Notes under the pieces: generated by a model
What the model was told of the DNA's origin: nothing
Databases searched by the model: none
Seen by the model: the letters and a program-made list of their open reading frames with translations, nothing else
Made by a program: the position numbers and the translations under genes
DNA from: an uncultured Planctomycetaceae bacterium
GTDB taxonomy: Bacteria; Planctomycetota; Planctomycetia; Planctomycetales; Planctomycetaceae
DNA: 64,000 bases
Direction of reading: 5' to 3'
Assembly (NCBI GenBank): GCA_963813715.1
Contig: CAWFAK010000014.1
Coordinates: 96,001 to 160,000 of the forward strand
Shown here: in pieces, positions 45,825-56,577 of the stretch
Numbering within the stretch: the first letter of the stretch is position 1
Layout of the letters: every line of letters starts with the position of its first letter

Positions 45825-46316
45825 GTGCCCGAAGTGAAGTGCCCCAATTGCTCTCTGCGTCTGAAACTGCCCGACGCCGCCCTCGGGAAAAGAGTTAAGT
45901 GTTCAGCCTGCGAGCACTCGTTCGTTGCGGAGGCCGCTCAGGCGGGCCGACCGGATCAAGCCGTAGACCTGAGACCGGACCCGGCCTCTGAGGTGCCGTC
46001 TCGCACTTTCCCTGCGAGTCCAGTCAACAGATCGAGCCTGGGATTGCGAGGAATTCTGGTCATCGTCGTGGCCGCCGCCGGAGCGGTTATCCTGGCGATT
46101 GGATTGTTCGCCATGTTGAGCGCGTTGGGCATGGAAACAACGGTTGACGCCTCTCACAACGAACGTGGGCTGTTGGTAGAAAATCGCGTCCATAACCAGG
46201 GCTTGATGCATAATCGGGAAATCGAAGTGCTCGTATCGGGCACGGCAATCGTGTCGGGACTCCTGATGATCGGATTCGCGTCGTTGCATCCGCCGCTCGC
46301 GGCGCGAGGCGAATGA
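45825..46316 (+). CDS. Zinc-ribbon (MJ0042-like) membrane protein
   Basis: CPNC...GKRVKCSAC; 2 TMs. Confidence 0.8.
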   Translation: MPEVKCPNCSLRLKLPDAALGKRVKCSACEHSFVAEAAQAGRPDQAVDLRPDPASEVPSRTFPASPVNRSSLGLRGILVIVVAAAGAVILAIGLFAMLSALGMETTVDASHNERGLLVENRVHNQGLMHNREIEVLVSGTAIVSGLLMIGFASLHPPLAARGE

Positions 46317-46407
46317 CATCTATTGTTTAACGATGGGGACAGTCGGGATAACTCGTCATATTGAGCCCGCGGTGAACTCGCGGACGAACTGCACTAGGAG
46401 TTGAGCA

Positions 46408-48707
46408 ATGGTCACAGTGGCTTGCCCGAACTGTGCCAAGCGCCTCAAGGCGCCGGACGAAGCCATTGGCAAGAAGGCGAAATGTACGAACTGCGGGCGC
46501 AGCTTCGTATTGCCACCGCCACCGCCATCGCCGAGCGTAGAGCCGGCTGAGATTGTGCTGGAACCTGTCGACGCCCCGAGAGCAACGCGCCTCCCCGGGT
46601 GGTCGGCCGTGGCGCTCTGCTGTGGCGGCGGCGTTCTACTGCTGGTGTTAGTCGCGCTGGTATTCACACGGAGGAATGCCACAGCGCTCCCGCCAACGTC
46701 AGTCGCGGGTCCCCCGCTCGCTTCGGCCGCGGAACCTTCGCAGAAATCGGCGGCGTCTGCACCGAGTCCTGCGCTCGATGCTGCTGCTCCCGGGTCTCTT
46801 GTTACGAGCTCCGAGGCGTCGAAGACACTGGAAGCAGAGCTCCAGCAGTTCGCCAAGATGCCGGCCGATAAGGCTCTCCAAGTGTACTTCGAGGCCCTCA
46901 CGCAAGAGGTAAACATGGAGTCAGAACGCCAGCCGTTACGCGACAAAGCACGGCAAGCGTACAACAAGGAATGGGAGAACGCGTTCACGAGCCGAGTTCC
47001 AAAGGATCTTGAGGATGCCCTGAAGAGGATGAGGGAGCACTCAGTAAGGCATAAGAGAGTGTTGGAAATCGCAATGATGCCGGGGCCTGAACGTGCCGCG
47101 GCGGTGGCGAGAGACTCGGCCGAGGAACAGCGAATCTGGAGACTACGCAAGCAGTTTAGGGACGAGGTCAAGCAGGGAAAAATCCTGGGATTCGTCAACT
47201 TCGTTCGAAACGAACCAGGAAAGCGGGCAACCTTTGAAAACGCTCGAGACGAAGCTGCAAGAGTTGCAGACGAAGATCGACAAGTGTGAGGCAAGTCTTT
47301 TCCCCCGCTTGACCCGCGAACAGCTTGTCGAGGCCCGCAACTTTGTGCACGTGAGTATGCGTGCTGATGAAGACCTTCTCGCGGAATTGAAGAAGACGCT
47401 TGAACAGGTCGCGTCTGAAGCCGACAAGAAAGAGGTCGAATCCAGGACGCCCCCAGAACTCGAAGCCGCCCTTCGAAGACAGAACGATCTTGCTGTCCGG
47501 CTAAAGAGGATGGCAGAAATCATGGAGTTGCCTTCGTCTCGCCAGCAGGAAGCTGCCCGGAAGAAGGATGCGGAAGAAGATCGGCGGCTGCATGAAATCT
47601 CTTCCGTCATCGATGAGGAATCAAAGTGGATGGGTGCGCCGCTGGCGTTCGTACTTTACGTAAACGCTACAGACATTCAAGAAAAATGCGATCAGCAGGA
47701 GAAGAAATGTGCGAGGCTTCGCCGCGATCCCAAAAGCTTGAGGAATCTTTGAACGTTGCCCTCAAAACCGACTCGACCAGCCCTGCACCGGCGCAAGGGG
47801 CACTCGAAGCGGAGTTGCAGCAATTTGCGAAGCTGCCCGTCGACAGGGCGATGAAAGCGTACTGGAAGGGGCTCATCGAAGCATGGGACGCGGAATCGGA
47901 ATACGATCGGCTTCGGCTCCAAGCGGACCAGGCATTCACGCGCCAATGCGAAAACGAATTCAAAAAGAGGGTTCCAGTGGATCTTGCGGACACTTTCAAG
48001 AGGATGACTGACCGCGCAGCAAGGCATGCAAGGTTATTGACGATTTGGAAGATGCAAGAGCCCGAGCGTGCGGTCGCGGAAGCCAAAGACGCTGCCGAGG
48101 AAGAGCGAGTCTGGAAGCTGCGACAGCAGTTTGACGATGAACAAGAGCAAGGCAAGGTTTCGGAACTTACCAATTCAAAGAATGAGACGGCGCAGCGACT
48201 CAAGGCCGAAGACTCCAAAATCCAGGCGCTGCGGGCCAGGGCTGGGAAGTTCGAAGGCAACCTGTTTCCCCGGATGAGCCGCGACCAGGTTGCAACAATG
48301 CGCAATTCGTCAACCCGAACACTCGGCTCGAAGAGGACAAGCTCGCGGAGCTAAAAAAGGCATTGGACGCAACTGCGAAGCGGTCGTCCCTGAAAGAGGT
48401 CGAGTCTAGAATGCGCCCGGAATTGGAGGCCGCCTTTCGCCGAGCGAGCGATCCTGCACTTATGATGAATCGTGCCGACGGCGATGCTGCACAGCGTAAG
48501 CAGGCAGAGGACGATGGCAAACTCCGGGACCTTGCGATTGCTATAGCGAAGGAAACGAAGCTGCACGGTCCACCAATGACAATGAAAGCGGACATAGATG
48601 CCACCGACCTGCCGAATAGGATTGCGTGGCAAGAGGAAAAGTGCTCTAACCGTCGTGCCATATCCATGAAGCTTGAGGATCTGTTAAATGCCAAAGATGG
48701 TAGGTAG
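46408..48707 (+). CDS. Zinc-ribbon + TM + duplicated helical domain protein (frameshifted)
   Basis: CPNC...GKKAKCTNC, poly-Pro, TM, two LEAELQQFAK-initiated units. Confidence 0.7.
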
Positions 48708-48723
48708 ACGAGTAGATGTGTAG

Positions 48724-50922
48724 TTATGGATTGTTTGCTTCTTTCGCCCTTTGTGCATTTCGACTCGCTTCTGCCGCTTGTTGTTTTGCGCCGTTCACCA
48801 CTGCGTCTGCGATTTCTTTCAGGGCTTTGGCGGAGTCAGCATTGGCGGCCTGAATCGCTGCTTTGACCATTTCGACAGCGCTCGCGGTCTGGTGCGGCTT
48901 TTCTCCGGGGCGCAGGGCATAGGGGTTGGAATACCCCTCCTTGTCCGATTTGGTGGTTTCGACTTTCTCTTGCGCGGCGACTGCCCTGTCAGACGTATGC
49001 GCAAAATCCTGGACCGCCTGCATGTAGTCGTTTAGGGTCTTCTTCGCGTCTTGCTGGGCCTGAGCTAGCTCGCGTGTCGATTCGGCCAGGTGCTGCTGCG
49101 CGTTATCCAAGGCTTCTTCGCCACCGGCAGCCTTTCGCCACTTCACAAACTCCGGATCCAGATCCTCAGCCATTCGATCGTTGACCTTGTGCTGAATCGT
49201 GCCGCTCGTCAGGCCGTGTTCCTGCAGGAAGAGCGCGTCTTTCCGATCAATTCTCTGACCGTGGGCAAGGTTCTTGAAGATCCCAGTTGCCGTTTGTTGA
49301 TCGCCCTTCGACAGCATCGACATGCGGGCTTTGTCGGACAGTTCGCGTTCCTTCTCAGCTTTGACCTGTTCTTGGGCGGCGGCCTTTTGATGTTCAGCGG
49401 CGCGCACTTGCTGCTCCATCACGGCCAATTGGTTCCCCAGCTCGACTGTCCGCTCTCGCGCCATGGTCCTCATCTCATTCGCGAGCTTGAGCGACTTCTC
49501 CTCCTGCAACAGCTGTTCTTGCAGGCTAACCGTGGTCGCAACGATTCCCCCTTCACCCTCTTTCTGGGGATTGGAGACGCCCCCTTGATTTTGTCGCAGT
49601 TTGAGATTGCGCTCTTTTGTTCCCTGAGCGATGTCCGCCGCCTCAGCCTGTTCCTTTTGCTTTCGAAGCAGTTTTTGGGCGTAAGTATCTTGGGAGACCT
49701 TCCGATCGTCTCGGGCAAGATTCTGGTCCTGCTCATGAAGCTCGCGCGCGCTCCCAACGTTGTTCGGGTCAACTCCATTAATCCGCTGCGCATAGCGCGC
49801 CCCAATGGGCACCATCTCGGCGGCTTCGTGTTGGAACTTTTGCGACTCCTCAATCCGGTCCTTCGCCTCATAGACGGACCGGGTATTCTGCTCATTGCGC
49901 TGGAGCTGCTCGAGCTGTTTCTGGTGGGCCTCCTGCGTCTCCGCAATCTTCTTTTCGATTTCGGCACTGCGCTTTCGTGGATTCGTTCCACTCCATCACG
50001 GTACCTGAGAGGGTGTCGAAATTGCCGCCAAGGAAGCCGACCTTGTTGAGGAGCAGTTTGAAACCGTCGTGGAGGGCAACGCCACCGGCGACAGCGACTG
50101 CGCCGAAGCCCGCAATTTGGGCCGCCGCCCCAATTCCGCCCCAGCCACCAAAACCCGCCAACGCAGTGCTGCCGAGATTCTTGATGGTACCGCCGAGCAC
50201 CGTGGCAGTTGCCACCTTTTCCGTTGTGTTGGCGACACTCGCGGCTGTTTTCGCTCCTTTGAACGAGTCATAGAGTTCCTTGCCCGCCTTGTAGACCTCG
50301 TGCGCAGTCTTTGGCTGCATCGACAGCCTCTCCCGCCCTTTCAAGTTTTCCTTTCTCGGAATCGAAGGCCGCGGACACATGCTTGGAGAAACTGACACCC
50401 TTTTCGGCGACGATCAGAGCGTTTTCGACGCGGGACGGTTTCTCCTTCCCAGTCGGCTCTTCGCTCTTTTTCTCCTGGGGGGCTTCCTGCGAACGCCCCT
50501 CTGCTTCGGATTTCGGATTGGGAGACGGCTTGGAGGGCTCCGGATGTCCCTGAGCCTCGGGCTCCGAGTAATGCTTGGACTCATGACTCTCGGTTGAGGA
50601 GCCTTCTGCCTTCGGAGCCTCAGATTCAGACGACGCTTTGGCTTCGAGCTTCTCGAGTTGAGCAGACGCCTTCTCGAGGGCCTTCGACATCGACTCGCCG
50701 ATCGACTTGGCCCAACCGTGCGACTTCTTGACGAGCTTCTCGCCGAGATGCTCGGTGTCCTTGACCATTTTGTCGAAAGCGTCGTGGACCTGCGTCGTAA
50801 GCTGTTTGAGGACAGCATCGTTGCCGCTGTCTGCGACCATCTTCAGCTTGAGTTCCATGACCCTCGACTTGTCGGGGGGGCCGGCAAGTGCCGAGGCCGA
50901 TCGTGTCGAGAGCATTCGCCAT
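48724..50922 (-). CDS. Tape measure protein (frameshifted)
   Basis: Coiled-coil, Ala/Gly-rich hydrophobic middle; directly after the chaperone pair. Confidence 0.7.
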
Positions 50923-51333
50923 TCAAAACGTCCTCGTCAGCACGGCTTCGAGCAGTTTTTCCAGGTGCTCGTGCCGGGCTTCTTCGATGTACTCTTCAAC
51001 TTCGCGGATCAGGCCCGCGTGGTATTTCACGATCGAGTCGTCCGGGAACTGGCCGGTGGCCTTACATTGCAGGTAGTGGGCGTAGGCCTTTTGGTTTTGC
51101 CGGGTGAGCGATTTTGGATGCTCGGGCGTCCCCTTGGGGCAGCCGTTTTCTTTTTGCCGGCAGGGGGGGACCGAAACGAAGCCTTTGGGCGGCCGCCGCA
51201 GCGGCTTGCCGTCGGCGGTCGTGTCGATCGCGCCGGTCTTCTCGTTGTAGAGCCATTCGTGACATTTCTGGCAGTCTCGGCGGGCAACCTGGGGGTATCG
51301 CTTCAGGAGCAACACCCCGCTTACGAGTTTGGG
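50923..51333 (-). CDS. Tail assembly chaperone, -1 frame extension (gpT-like)
   Basis: Reached by -1 slip at CCCAAAC; CxxC-containing. Confidence 0.7.
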   Translation of the reverse strand, partial: PKLVSGVLLLKRYPQVARRDCQKCHEWLYNEKTGAIDTTADGKPLRRPPKGFVSVPPCRQKENGCPKGTPEHPKSLTRQNQKAYAHYLQCKATGQFPDDSIVKYHAGLIREVEEYIEEARHEHLEKLLEAVLTRTF

Positions 51334-51710
51334 GCGCCGGCCTCCACCGATTGCGATTCGTCCGACGTCTCGTGCGACGGCTGCGAATCGGACGGCTCAA
51401 GCTGAAACACGATCGCCTGCAGCCGGTCGTAGAGCGTCACCGGCAGCTTGCGCAAGGTCGCGCCGTCGTGTGGCACGGCTTCGCCCTTGGCGTTCTTCAA
51501 GTCCCAGTTCTTGATGGCCTTGGCGAGAAACGCGGCCACGCGCTCGACCTTCTTGTCCGCCTGCAGGTTGTCGAAGCCGTTGCCATAAACGGCCGCCCGA
51601 TCGCCGGCCGTCGCCGCCCGGTACGTGAACGCCACGGCCGCGTGCAGGCCCGGAGCCTCCTTCACGTAACCCGAAACCGTGTATCCGTCGTCGATGAAAC
51701 CGATGGTCAT
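51321..51710 (-). CDS. Tail assembly chaperone (gpG-like)
   Basis: Between tail tube and tape measure; AIKNWDL. Confidence 0.75.
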   Translation of the reverse strand: MTIGFIDDGYTVSGYVKEAPGLHAAVAFTYRAATAGDRAAVYGNGFDNLQADKKVERVAAFLAKAIKNWDLKNAKGEAVPHDGATLRKLPVTLYDRLQAIVFQLEPSDSQPSHETSDESQSVEAGAPNS

Positions 51711-51821
51711 TTTTTAGTCCAAAGTCCAAGGTTCAAAGTCCAAGGTCAAATAAAGAACGCTGCCCGGATGCCACGCGCAAGGCGGCCACGTGCGGCTTGC
51801 CCGCAGGAAGGTAGCCCGCGG

Positions 51822-52739
51822 CTACCCGTGGGCGTTTGTGACGCTGAGTTCGAGCGACGATCCGGTCTTCTCGGCCTTGGCGTCGATCTCGAGCTTGATT
51901 TCGTCCCCCTTTTTGCTGACAGCGGGGGACTTGCCCGGCCACATGAGGTACGGAGTCGAAAACGTCAGCACCGACTGGGTCGAGCTGATCGTTTCTTCCG
52001 CATTCGAGAAGACGGCCGTCGCAGCCCCGAACGAGGCCGCGGCGATGTTGTAGAGCGACGTTTGCGCGCTCGTCCACGGCGTGCTCATCTTCACCGTTAC
52101 GTGTCGATCGGTGGTCGGAATCTGCGAGCGAGTGAGTTCGTTGACGAACCGGTCGGCGAGCAGGTTGTTGTCGATCGTCAGCTCCCAGCTGAATCCCGAG
52201 ACGCTCGTGCTCCCGAGGACGTTGAAGGCCGCATCGGAGTAAATGAACGGGCGGTTCGTGTCGACGGTCATGCCGGTCGGGAACGAGCCGGCCGTGCTCA
52301 CCGATTCGGTCTCGGCTTCAACCTCGAGTGCGCACTTGAGCTGCGCGTCTTGCGGCGAGGCGCTGAACGTCGCCTTGCCCACGTAGCATGGGCCGTACGT
52401 GAAGACCTGGGCCACGCGATCGATCATCAAGTAGAAGGACGGCAGCGTGTCGGTGAGGGAGTAGACCGAAGACGTCGGCCCGGTGCCCAGGATGTATCCC
52501 AAGAGCGTGTCCATGCTGTGAATGTCGCACAGCAGGTTGACCGTGCCGCTGACCTTGTACGGCATCGTCCGCACGCGTTCCTGCGAGTACGAGCGAGTGC
52601 CGCGAATGCCCGGGCTGTCGCTGAAGGCGCACTGCGCGGTGATCGATTCGCTGACGAATTCCAGCCACAGCGACGAACTGGAAAACGAAGACGTCGCGGA
52701 AAGCGCCATCTGTGAGGCATAGCCGATGGAAGCGGTCAT
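51822..52739 (-). CDS. Major tail tube protein
   Basis: 305 aa S/T-rich, EFVSESI, IRGTRS, ELTIDNNL; synteny. Confidence 0.75.
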   Translation of the reverse strand: MTASIGYASQMALSATSSFSSSSLWLEFVSESITAQCAFSDSPGIRGTRSYSQERVRTMPYKVSGTVNLLCDIHSMDTLLGYILGTGPTSSVYSLTDTLPSFYLMIDRVAQVFTYGPCYVGKATFSASPQDAQLKCALEVEAETESVSTAGSFPTGMTVDTNRPFIYSDAAFNVLGSTSVSGFSWELTIDNNLLADRFVNELTRSQIPTTDRHVTVKMSTPWTSAQTSLYNIAAASFGAATAVFSNAEETISSTQSVLTFSTPYLMWPGKSPAVSKKGDEIKLEIDAKAEKTGSSLELSVTNAHG

Positions 52740-52829
52740 TATCTTTCTTGTCCTTTGTGGTGCCGACGGAACCCGGCCGATTACCCGACGGGCTCGGCAT
52801 TCGCGCCGATCTGCCGGGTCAAATGTGGG

Positions 52830-53143
52830 CTAACGCGTGCCGAGGTTATGAATGATCTGCTCCCGCAGCCGCGCGGCGGCCCGCGCGGTCGGTGAGTTGT
52901 TGACGTCTGGTAACGGTTTCGCGGCACCCCGGTGGGAGTTCGCGGACCGGGGAAAGCTTTGGGCGATGGTCTTGAGACAGCTGGCCGACGTCGGCCGAAA
53001 CGGGGATGGGACCGTCGTAGCGCCGCCGGGCAAATTGATGGGGGCCTCATCCTCGGTGGTTTGGCCGTCAAGACTGTCGAGGGCGGCGAGGAGGTCTCCG
53101 AGCCAGTTGTCCAGTTGTTCGACGGGAATGGGGGCAGTCGTCA
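52830..53143 (-). CDS. Short or degenerate neck/virion morphogenesis-like protein
   Basis: TAPIPVEQLDNWLGDLL...; position between terminator and tube genes. Confidence 0.35.
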
Positions 53144-53475
53144 CGACTTCGGCTCCTCGCTCGACTTGGTGCCCGGGCCCAGATTGGTGCGGGGGCTCGG
53201 CTTGTTTGCGGGACGGGTTGGACTCTTCGCGGTTTTGGCTGCCAATTCCGCGGCGCTGGCCAGCGCGACTTCGATTGGTTCGCCGGCGTCGATCGGATTT
53301 CGAGCTGTGTCGAATTGTCGATGCACGCGGCCAACCAGCCTGGTCGTCTCGGGCAAACCGAACGCTTGCCGGTAGGCGGCGACGTTGGCGGCCAGGTCGC
53401 CGGTCGGGATAGTGGCGGCGGCCGCACTGGGCGTAGATCAGCATTTGTGGTTCAGAATTGGTTCGGACATCGGAT

Positions 53476-53940
53476 TCATCCTTGCGTACGCACTTCGCGG
53501 CACGTCGCCTGAATCAACAGCATCGAGAGGAACAAGTTCGCGTACCACGCGGACGGATCGACGGTCACGAGCGGCTTGACGAACGTTTTGATGCTCTCGC
53601 TCGTCAGCGGTCCCAGCTGCTTCATGTGAAACAGACGCCGCACGTTCTGCCGCCAGTTGAGCTCTTGCTCGTAATTCGCAAACTGATTCTGGTTGTCGTT
53701 GTTGACCAGCGCAACCAGGATGTTGTAGGTCACGTCGTCCTGATCGTTGACGCCGGAGAGCGGCAACTCTTCGCTCGCGAACGCGATGATCACGCACGGC
53801 AGCGACTGGTTCCGATCGCTCGGCACTTTCTGGATCACGACATTTGAGGTGCTCAGGCCGACCAGCGTCCCACCGGTGATCGCGCCTTGAATCGCGCTCT
53901 GAATATCCTCCATCGCTCGATAGACAACCGCGTCCGCCAT
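53476..53940 (-). CDS. Putative tail terminator protein
   Basis: 154 aa; LPCVII; upstream of tail tube. Confidence 0.55.
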   Translation of the reverse strand: MADAVVYRAMEDIQSAIQGAITGGTLVGLSTSNVVIQKVPSDRNQSLPCVIIAFASEELPLSGVNDQDDVTYNILVALVNNDNQNQFANYEQELNWRQNVRRLFHMKQLGPLTSESIKTFVKPLVTVDPSAWYANLFLSMLLIQATCREVRTQG

Positions 53941-54075
53941 ATTGTTTTGCCGGCTAGCCGCTTCACGTTTGAATTGGGAAGACGCCGCCAGCGCACGCAC
54001 GCCGGCCGGAGTGGAGTCGGGATCTCGATGGGCGACTGGTCGGCATTGTGGCCGCCGGTCGAATGGGATGCGTCG

Positions 54076-54417
54076 CTAGGTCGTACGCGTGGTGGCTGTG
54101 AACCAGCCCTCGAAGAAATCGTTGTAGTTGGCGAAAGTGACCGTGATGTAGTACTGGCTCCCCTCGGTGAGCCCCTCGGTTCCCGACAAGAGCCCGCGAT
54201 AGTCTCCCGGAACCGCATTCACGGCCGGCATGGAGACACTCGTCAGCCCTGGAATCGGTTCGCCCGGAATCGGGTTGCCGTCTTCGTCGAATCCGCCCAA
54301 GAGGTGGACGGTGAAGGCGGGCAGAGCGTCGGTGACCGGCGCCCCGGTTGACGCCAGCAAGTAGCCTTGCAGGTAGACGTCGTTGTCGTTGCCGACGAAA
54401 AGTTGTGCGGACGCCAT
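54076..54417 (-). CDS. Small Ig-like virion protein
   Basis: TGAPVTDA...GDYRG...YYITVT beta-sandwich pattern. Confidence 0.55.
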   Translation of the reverse strand: MASAQLFVGNDNDVYLQGYLLASTGAPVTDALPAFTVHLLGGFDEDGNPIPGEPIPGLTSVSMPAVNAVPGDYRGLLSGTEGLTEGSQYYITVTFANYNDFFEGWFTATTRTT

Positions 54418-54418
54418 G

Positions 54419-55681
54419 TCAGTCGACCGTTAGGTTGCCTTGTCGAGTGGGTACGGCAGTGAAGTGGCGGGCACTCCGCGTCGCCTGGACCGTCAAGTAG
54501 CCGCCCTTCGCCCCAGAAAACGCGCCCAGGTGCCGCTGGACCGTCAGCGTCATCTCGTCCGCTTCGAGCCCCGGTTGGAGCCAGGGGCGAATCCGATTGG
54601 CGCTGTGGCGGGCGTGCCACGGGTCGCAGTCGGAGAATGGTCCGTCGTCGATCGGCGGTTGGCCCGTGTAAGGGGCGAACGCGTCCGGCATCGCCAGGTC
54701 GTCCCAGTTGCGCTTGCAGCGGGGAATCATCCGGCTGTCGGTTTCGGCGAAGACGTCGCCCGGGAAGTCGGGCAACAGTCCTTGCTCCTGCTCGACGGGC
54801 TCGGGGTAGACGCGCTTGGCCCGCGGGATCATCCGCAGGTCGGTCTCGGTAAAGACGTCGCCCGGCCAGCTTTGTAGCTGCCCGAGCTCGTTCTCGACCG
54901 GCTCGGGATAGATGTTCTTGTGCCGCAGCCGCATTGCGGCCGGGCGATCCTGCGTTTCGGTGAACGTGTCGCCGGGATAAATCTCGTGCCAGTGTTCGCA
55001 GTCGACCGGGTCCGGAAAGCTGCGGCGATGGCGAATCCGTTTCAAGATCGCGTACGGGACCGGATCGGAAAACACGTCGCCCGGCCAATTTTGCAGCAAC
55101 CTCTTTTCGGTCTCGATTGGCTCCGGATAGCTGTGGCGATTGCGGGCCCGCTGGGGGATCATCCGCGAGTCGGTCTCGCTGAAGACGTCACCGGGCAGCG
55201 GGAGGCCCAGCTCGCATTCCACCGGCGCCGGGTAGCTGCGATGGTGCCGCGCTCGCACGTGTCGCGGCAGCGCGTCGGTTTCGGTGAACACGTCGCCGAG
55301 CAGCTGCAAACCGAGCTCACACTCGACGGGAGCCGGGTACGTCCTACGATGTGCGATTCGTTGCAACCGTGGATTCTCCTGCGTTTCGGAGAACACATCG
55401 GTCGAAACGGGCAGCCCCAGCTCGCACTCGACGGGCGCCGGATGGGTCAGCCGACCGCGAAACCGCCGCGGCATCATCCGGCTGTCGGTGTCGAAGAACA
55501 CGTCGCCAGGGAAACTTTGCAACAGTCCCTGTTCAATTTCGACCGGCTCCGGATACGAACGGCGATGCCGCACCCGGCGCTGCGTCGGATTCTCCTCAGT
55601 CTCGGAGAAGACGTCGCCCGGATTGATTTGCAGCAGTCCTTGCTCGACTGCTGCTGCCGGATAGTAGATCTTGCGTCGCAT
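54419..55681 (-). CDS. Phage protein with nine ~35-aa tandem repeats
   Basis: YPxPVExExGL..PGDVFxET..R-rich, x9. Confidence 0.8.
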   Translation of the reverse strand: MRRKIYYPAAAVEQGLLQINPGDVFSETEENPTQRRVRHRRSYPEPVEIEQGLLQSFPGDVFFDTDSRMMPRRFRGRLTHPAPVECELGLPVSTDVFSETQENPRLQRIAHRRTYPAPVECELGLQLLGDVFTETDALPRHVRARHHRSYPAPVECELGLPLPGDVFSETDSRMIPQRARNRHSYPEPIETEKRLLQNWPGDVFSDPVPYAILKRIRHRRSFPDPVDCEHWHEIYPGDTFTETQDRPAAMRLRHKNIYPEPVENELGQLQSWPGDVFTETDLRMIPRAKRVYPEPVEQEQGLLPDFPGDVFAETDSRMIPRCKRNWDDLAMPDAFAPYTGQPPIDDGPFSDCDPWHARHSANRIRPWLQPGLEADEMTLTVQRHLGAFSGAKGGYLTVQATRSARHFTAVPTRQGNLTVD

Positions 55682-55754
55682 TTGTTTCTTCGCGGACTAA
55701 CCAGGCATTCGCGCGTCAGCGTTCCTGCACTTAGCCAGCATGAGAGGCGCGGTC

Positions 55755-56041
55755 TCAGCGAATTCCGTAATTAAACGGGACGAAGATGCGGGACGGCTTG
55801 TAGTCCTCCGGCCGGCCCGCTTCGACGTTCTCCATCCACTGCTCGAGGTGCACGCATTTTTCGCGGCAGTTCTTCGAGCCGCAGACCGGACCCACGCAGC
55901 TGTCGCAGAAGAAGAATCCGTCTCGCGGCTCCAGAAATGCATGCCGCAGTGGATGCACATCACCATCTTCTGCCGCGTGATCTTGTCGCTGCCGAACTCC
56001 TGGGTCTCGACAACGGCCGATTCGTAAATCTGGGTGGTCAT
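55755..56041 (-). CDS. Cys-rich zinc-finger-like phage protein (frameshifted)
   Basis: CIHCG...FCDSCVGPVCG..C..KC. Confidence 0.65.
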
Positions 56042-56059
56042 TGAACGATACCTCTAAAG

Positions 56060-56156
56060 AGCCGCGCACACAGTAAGCGGTCCTTCGCGATAGGAGCGGC
56101 GACAGATGCAACACAGGTGCGATCGCACGAAGAGTTCGCTTCCTTTGTGCGCGGCT
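56060..56156. repeat. Inverted repeat element (family C)
   Basis: AGCCGCGCACACAGTAAGCG / CGCTTCCTTTGTGCGCGGCT (18/20); related copy at 34791-34814 in host DNA. Confidence 0.7.
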
Positions 56157-56167
56157 GTTTGGGCTGC

Positions 56168-56413
56168 TTATGGCTTGGGGGCGATGCTGAGCACATACGA
56201 CTTGCCGACCTCGAAGGCCTGGGCGTCAGCGACTTCCATCAGCGGGAGTTGAAACCCACCGACGGCGCCTCCTTTGCCGTTGCCGCCGACGTTCTTGGCC
56301 ATCAACGTCACCGTCCGCCATTCGGCGATCAACTCGTGACCCTGGTGGATTTCTTCCGGGTCGATCGCCACACAAATGAATTCAAAGCCGGGAGGGGCGG
56401 TTGTTTCTGACAT
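56168..56413 (-). CDS. Small hypothetical phage protein
   Basis: 81 aa, GAGGAG RBS. Confidence 0.6.
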   Translation of the reverse strand: MSETTAPPGFEFICVAIDPEEIHQGHELIAEWRTVTLMAKNVGGNGKGGAVGGFQLPLMEVADAQAFEVGKSYVLSIAPKP

Positions 56414-56441
56414 CGGGGTTCTCCTCGAGAACTTCGGCCTG

Positions 56442-56561
56442 GAATTTCCGAATGACGAAGCACGAATGACGAAAGCAGCTCGCCGCCCGAACGGGACTCG
56501 CGCGGCGATGGGTCCTGCGTCCTTAGGTCATTCGGTCGTTTCCTTCGTCATTCGGAAATTC
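56442..56561. repeat. 120-bp element with perfect 19-bp terminal inverted repeats
   Basis: GAATTTCCGAATGACGAAG ... CTTCGTCATTCGGAAATTC. Confidence 0.75.
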
Positions 56562-56577
56562 GCACGGCCAGGCGGGG

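Noticed and set aside
54419..55681. DNA repeats as a CRISPR array
   Set aside because: Repeats are degenerate at codon third positions, in frame, and no cas genes are present
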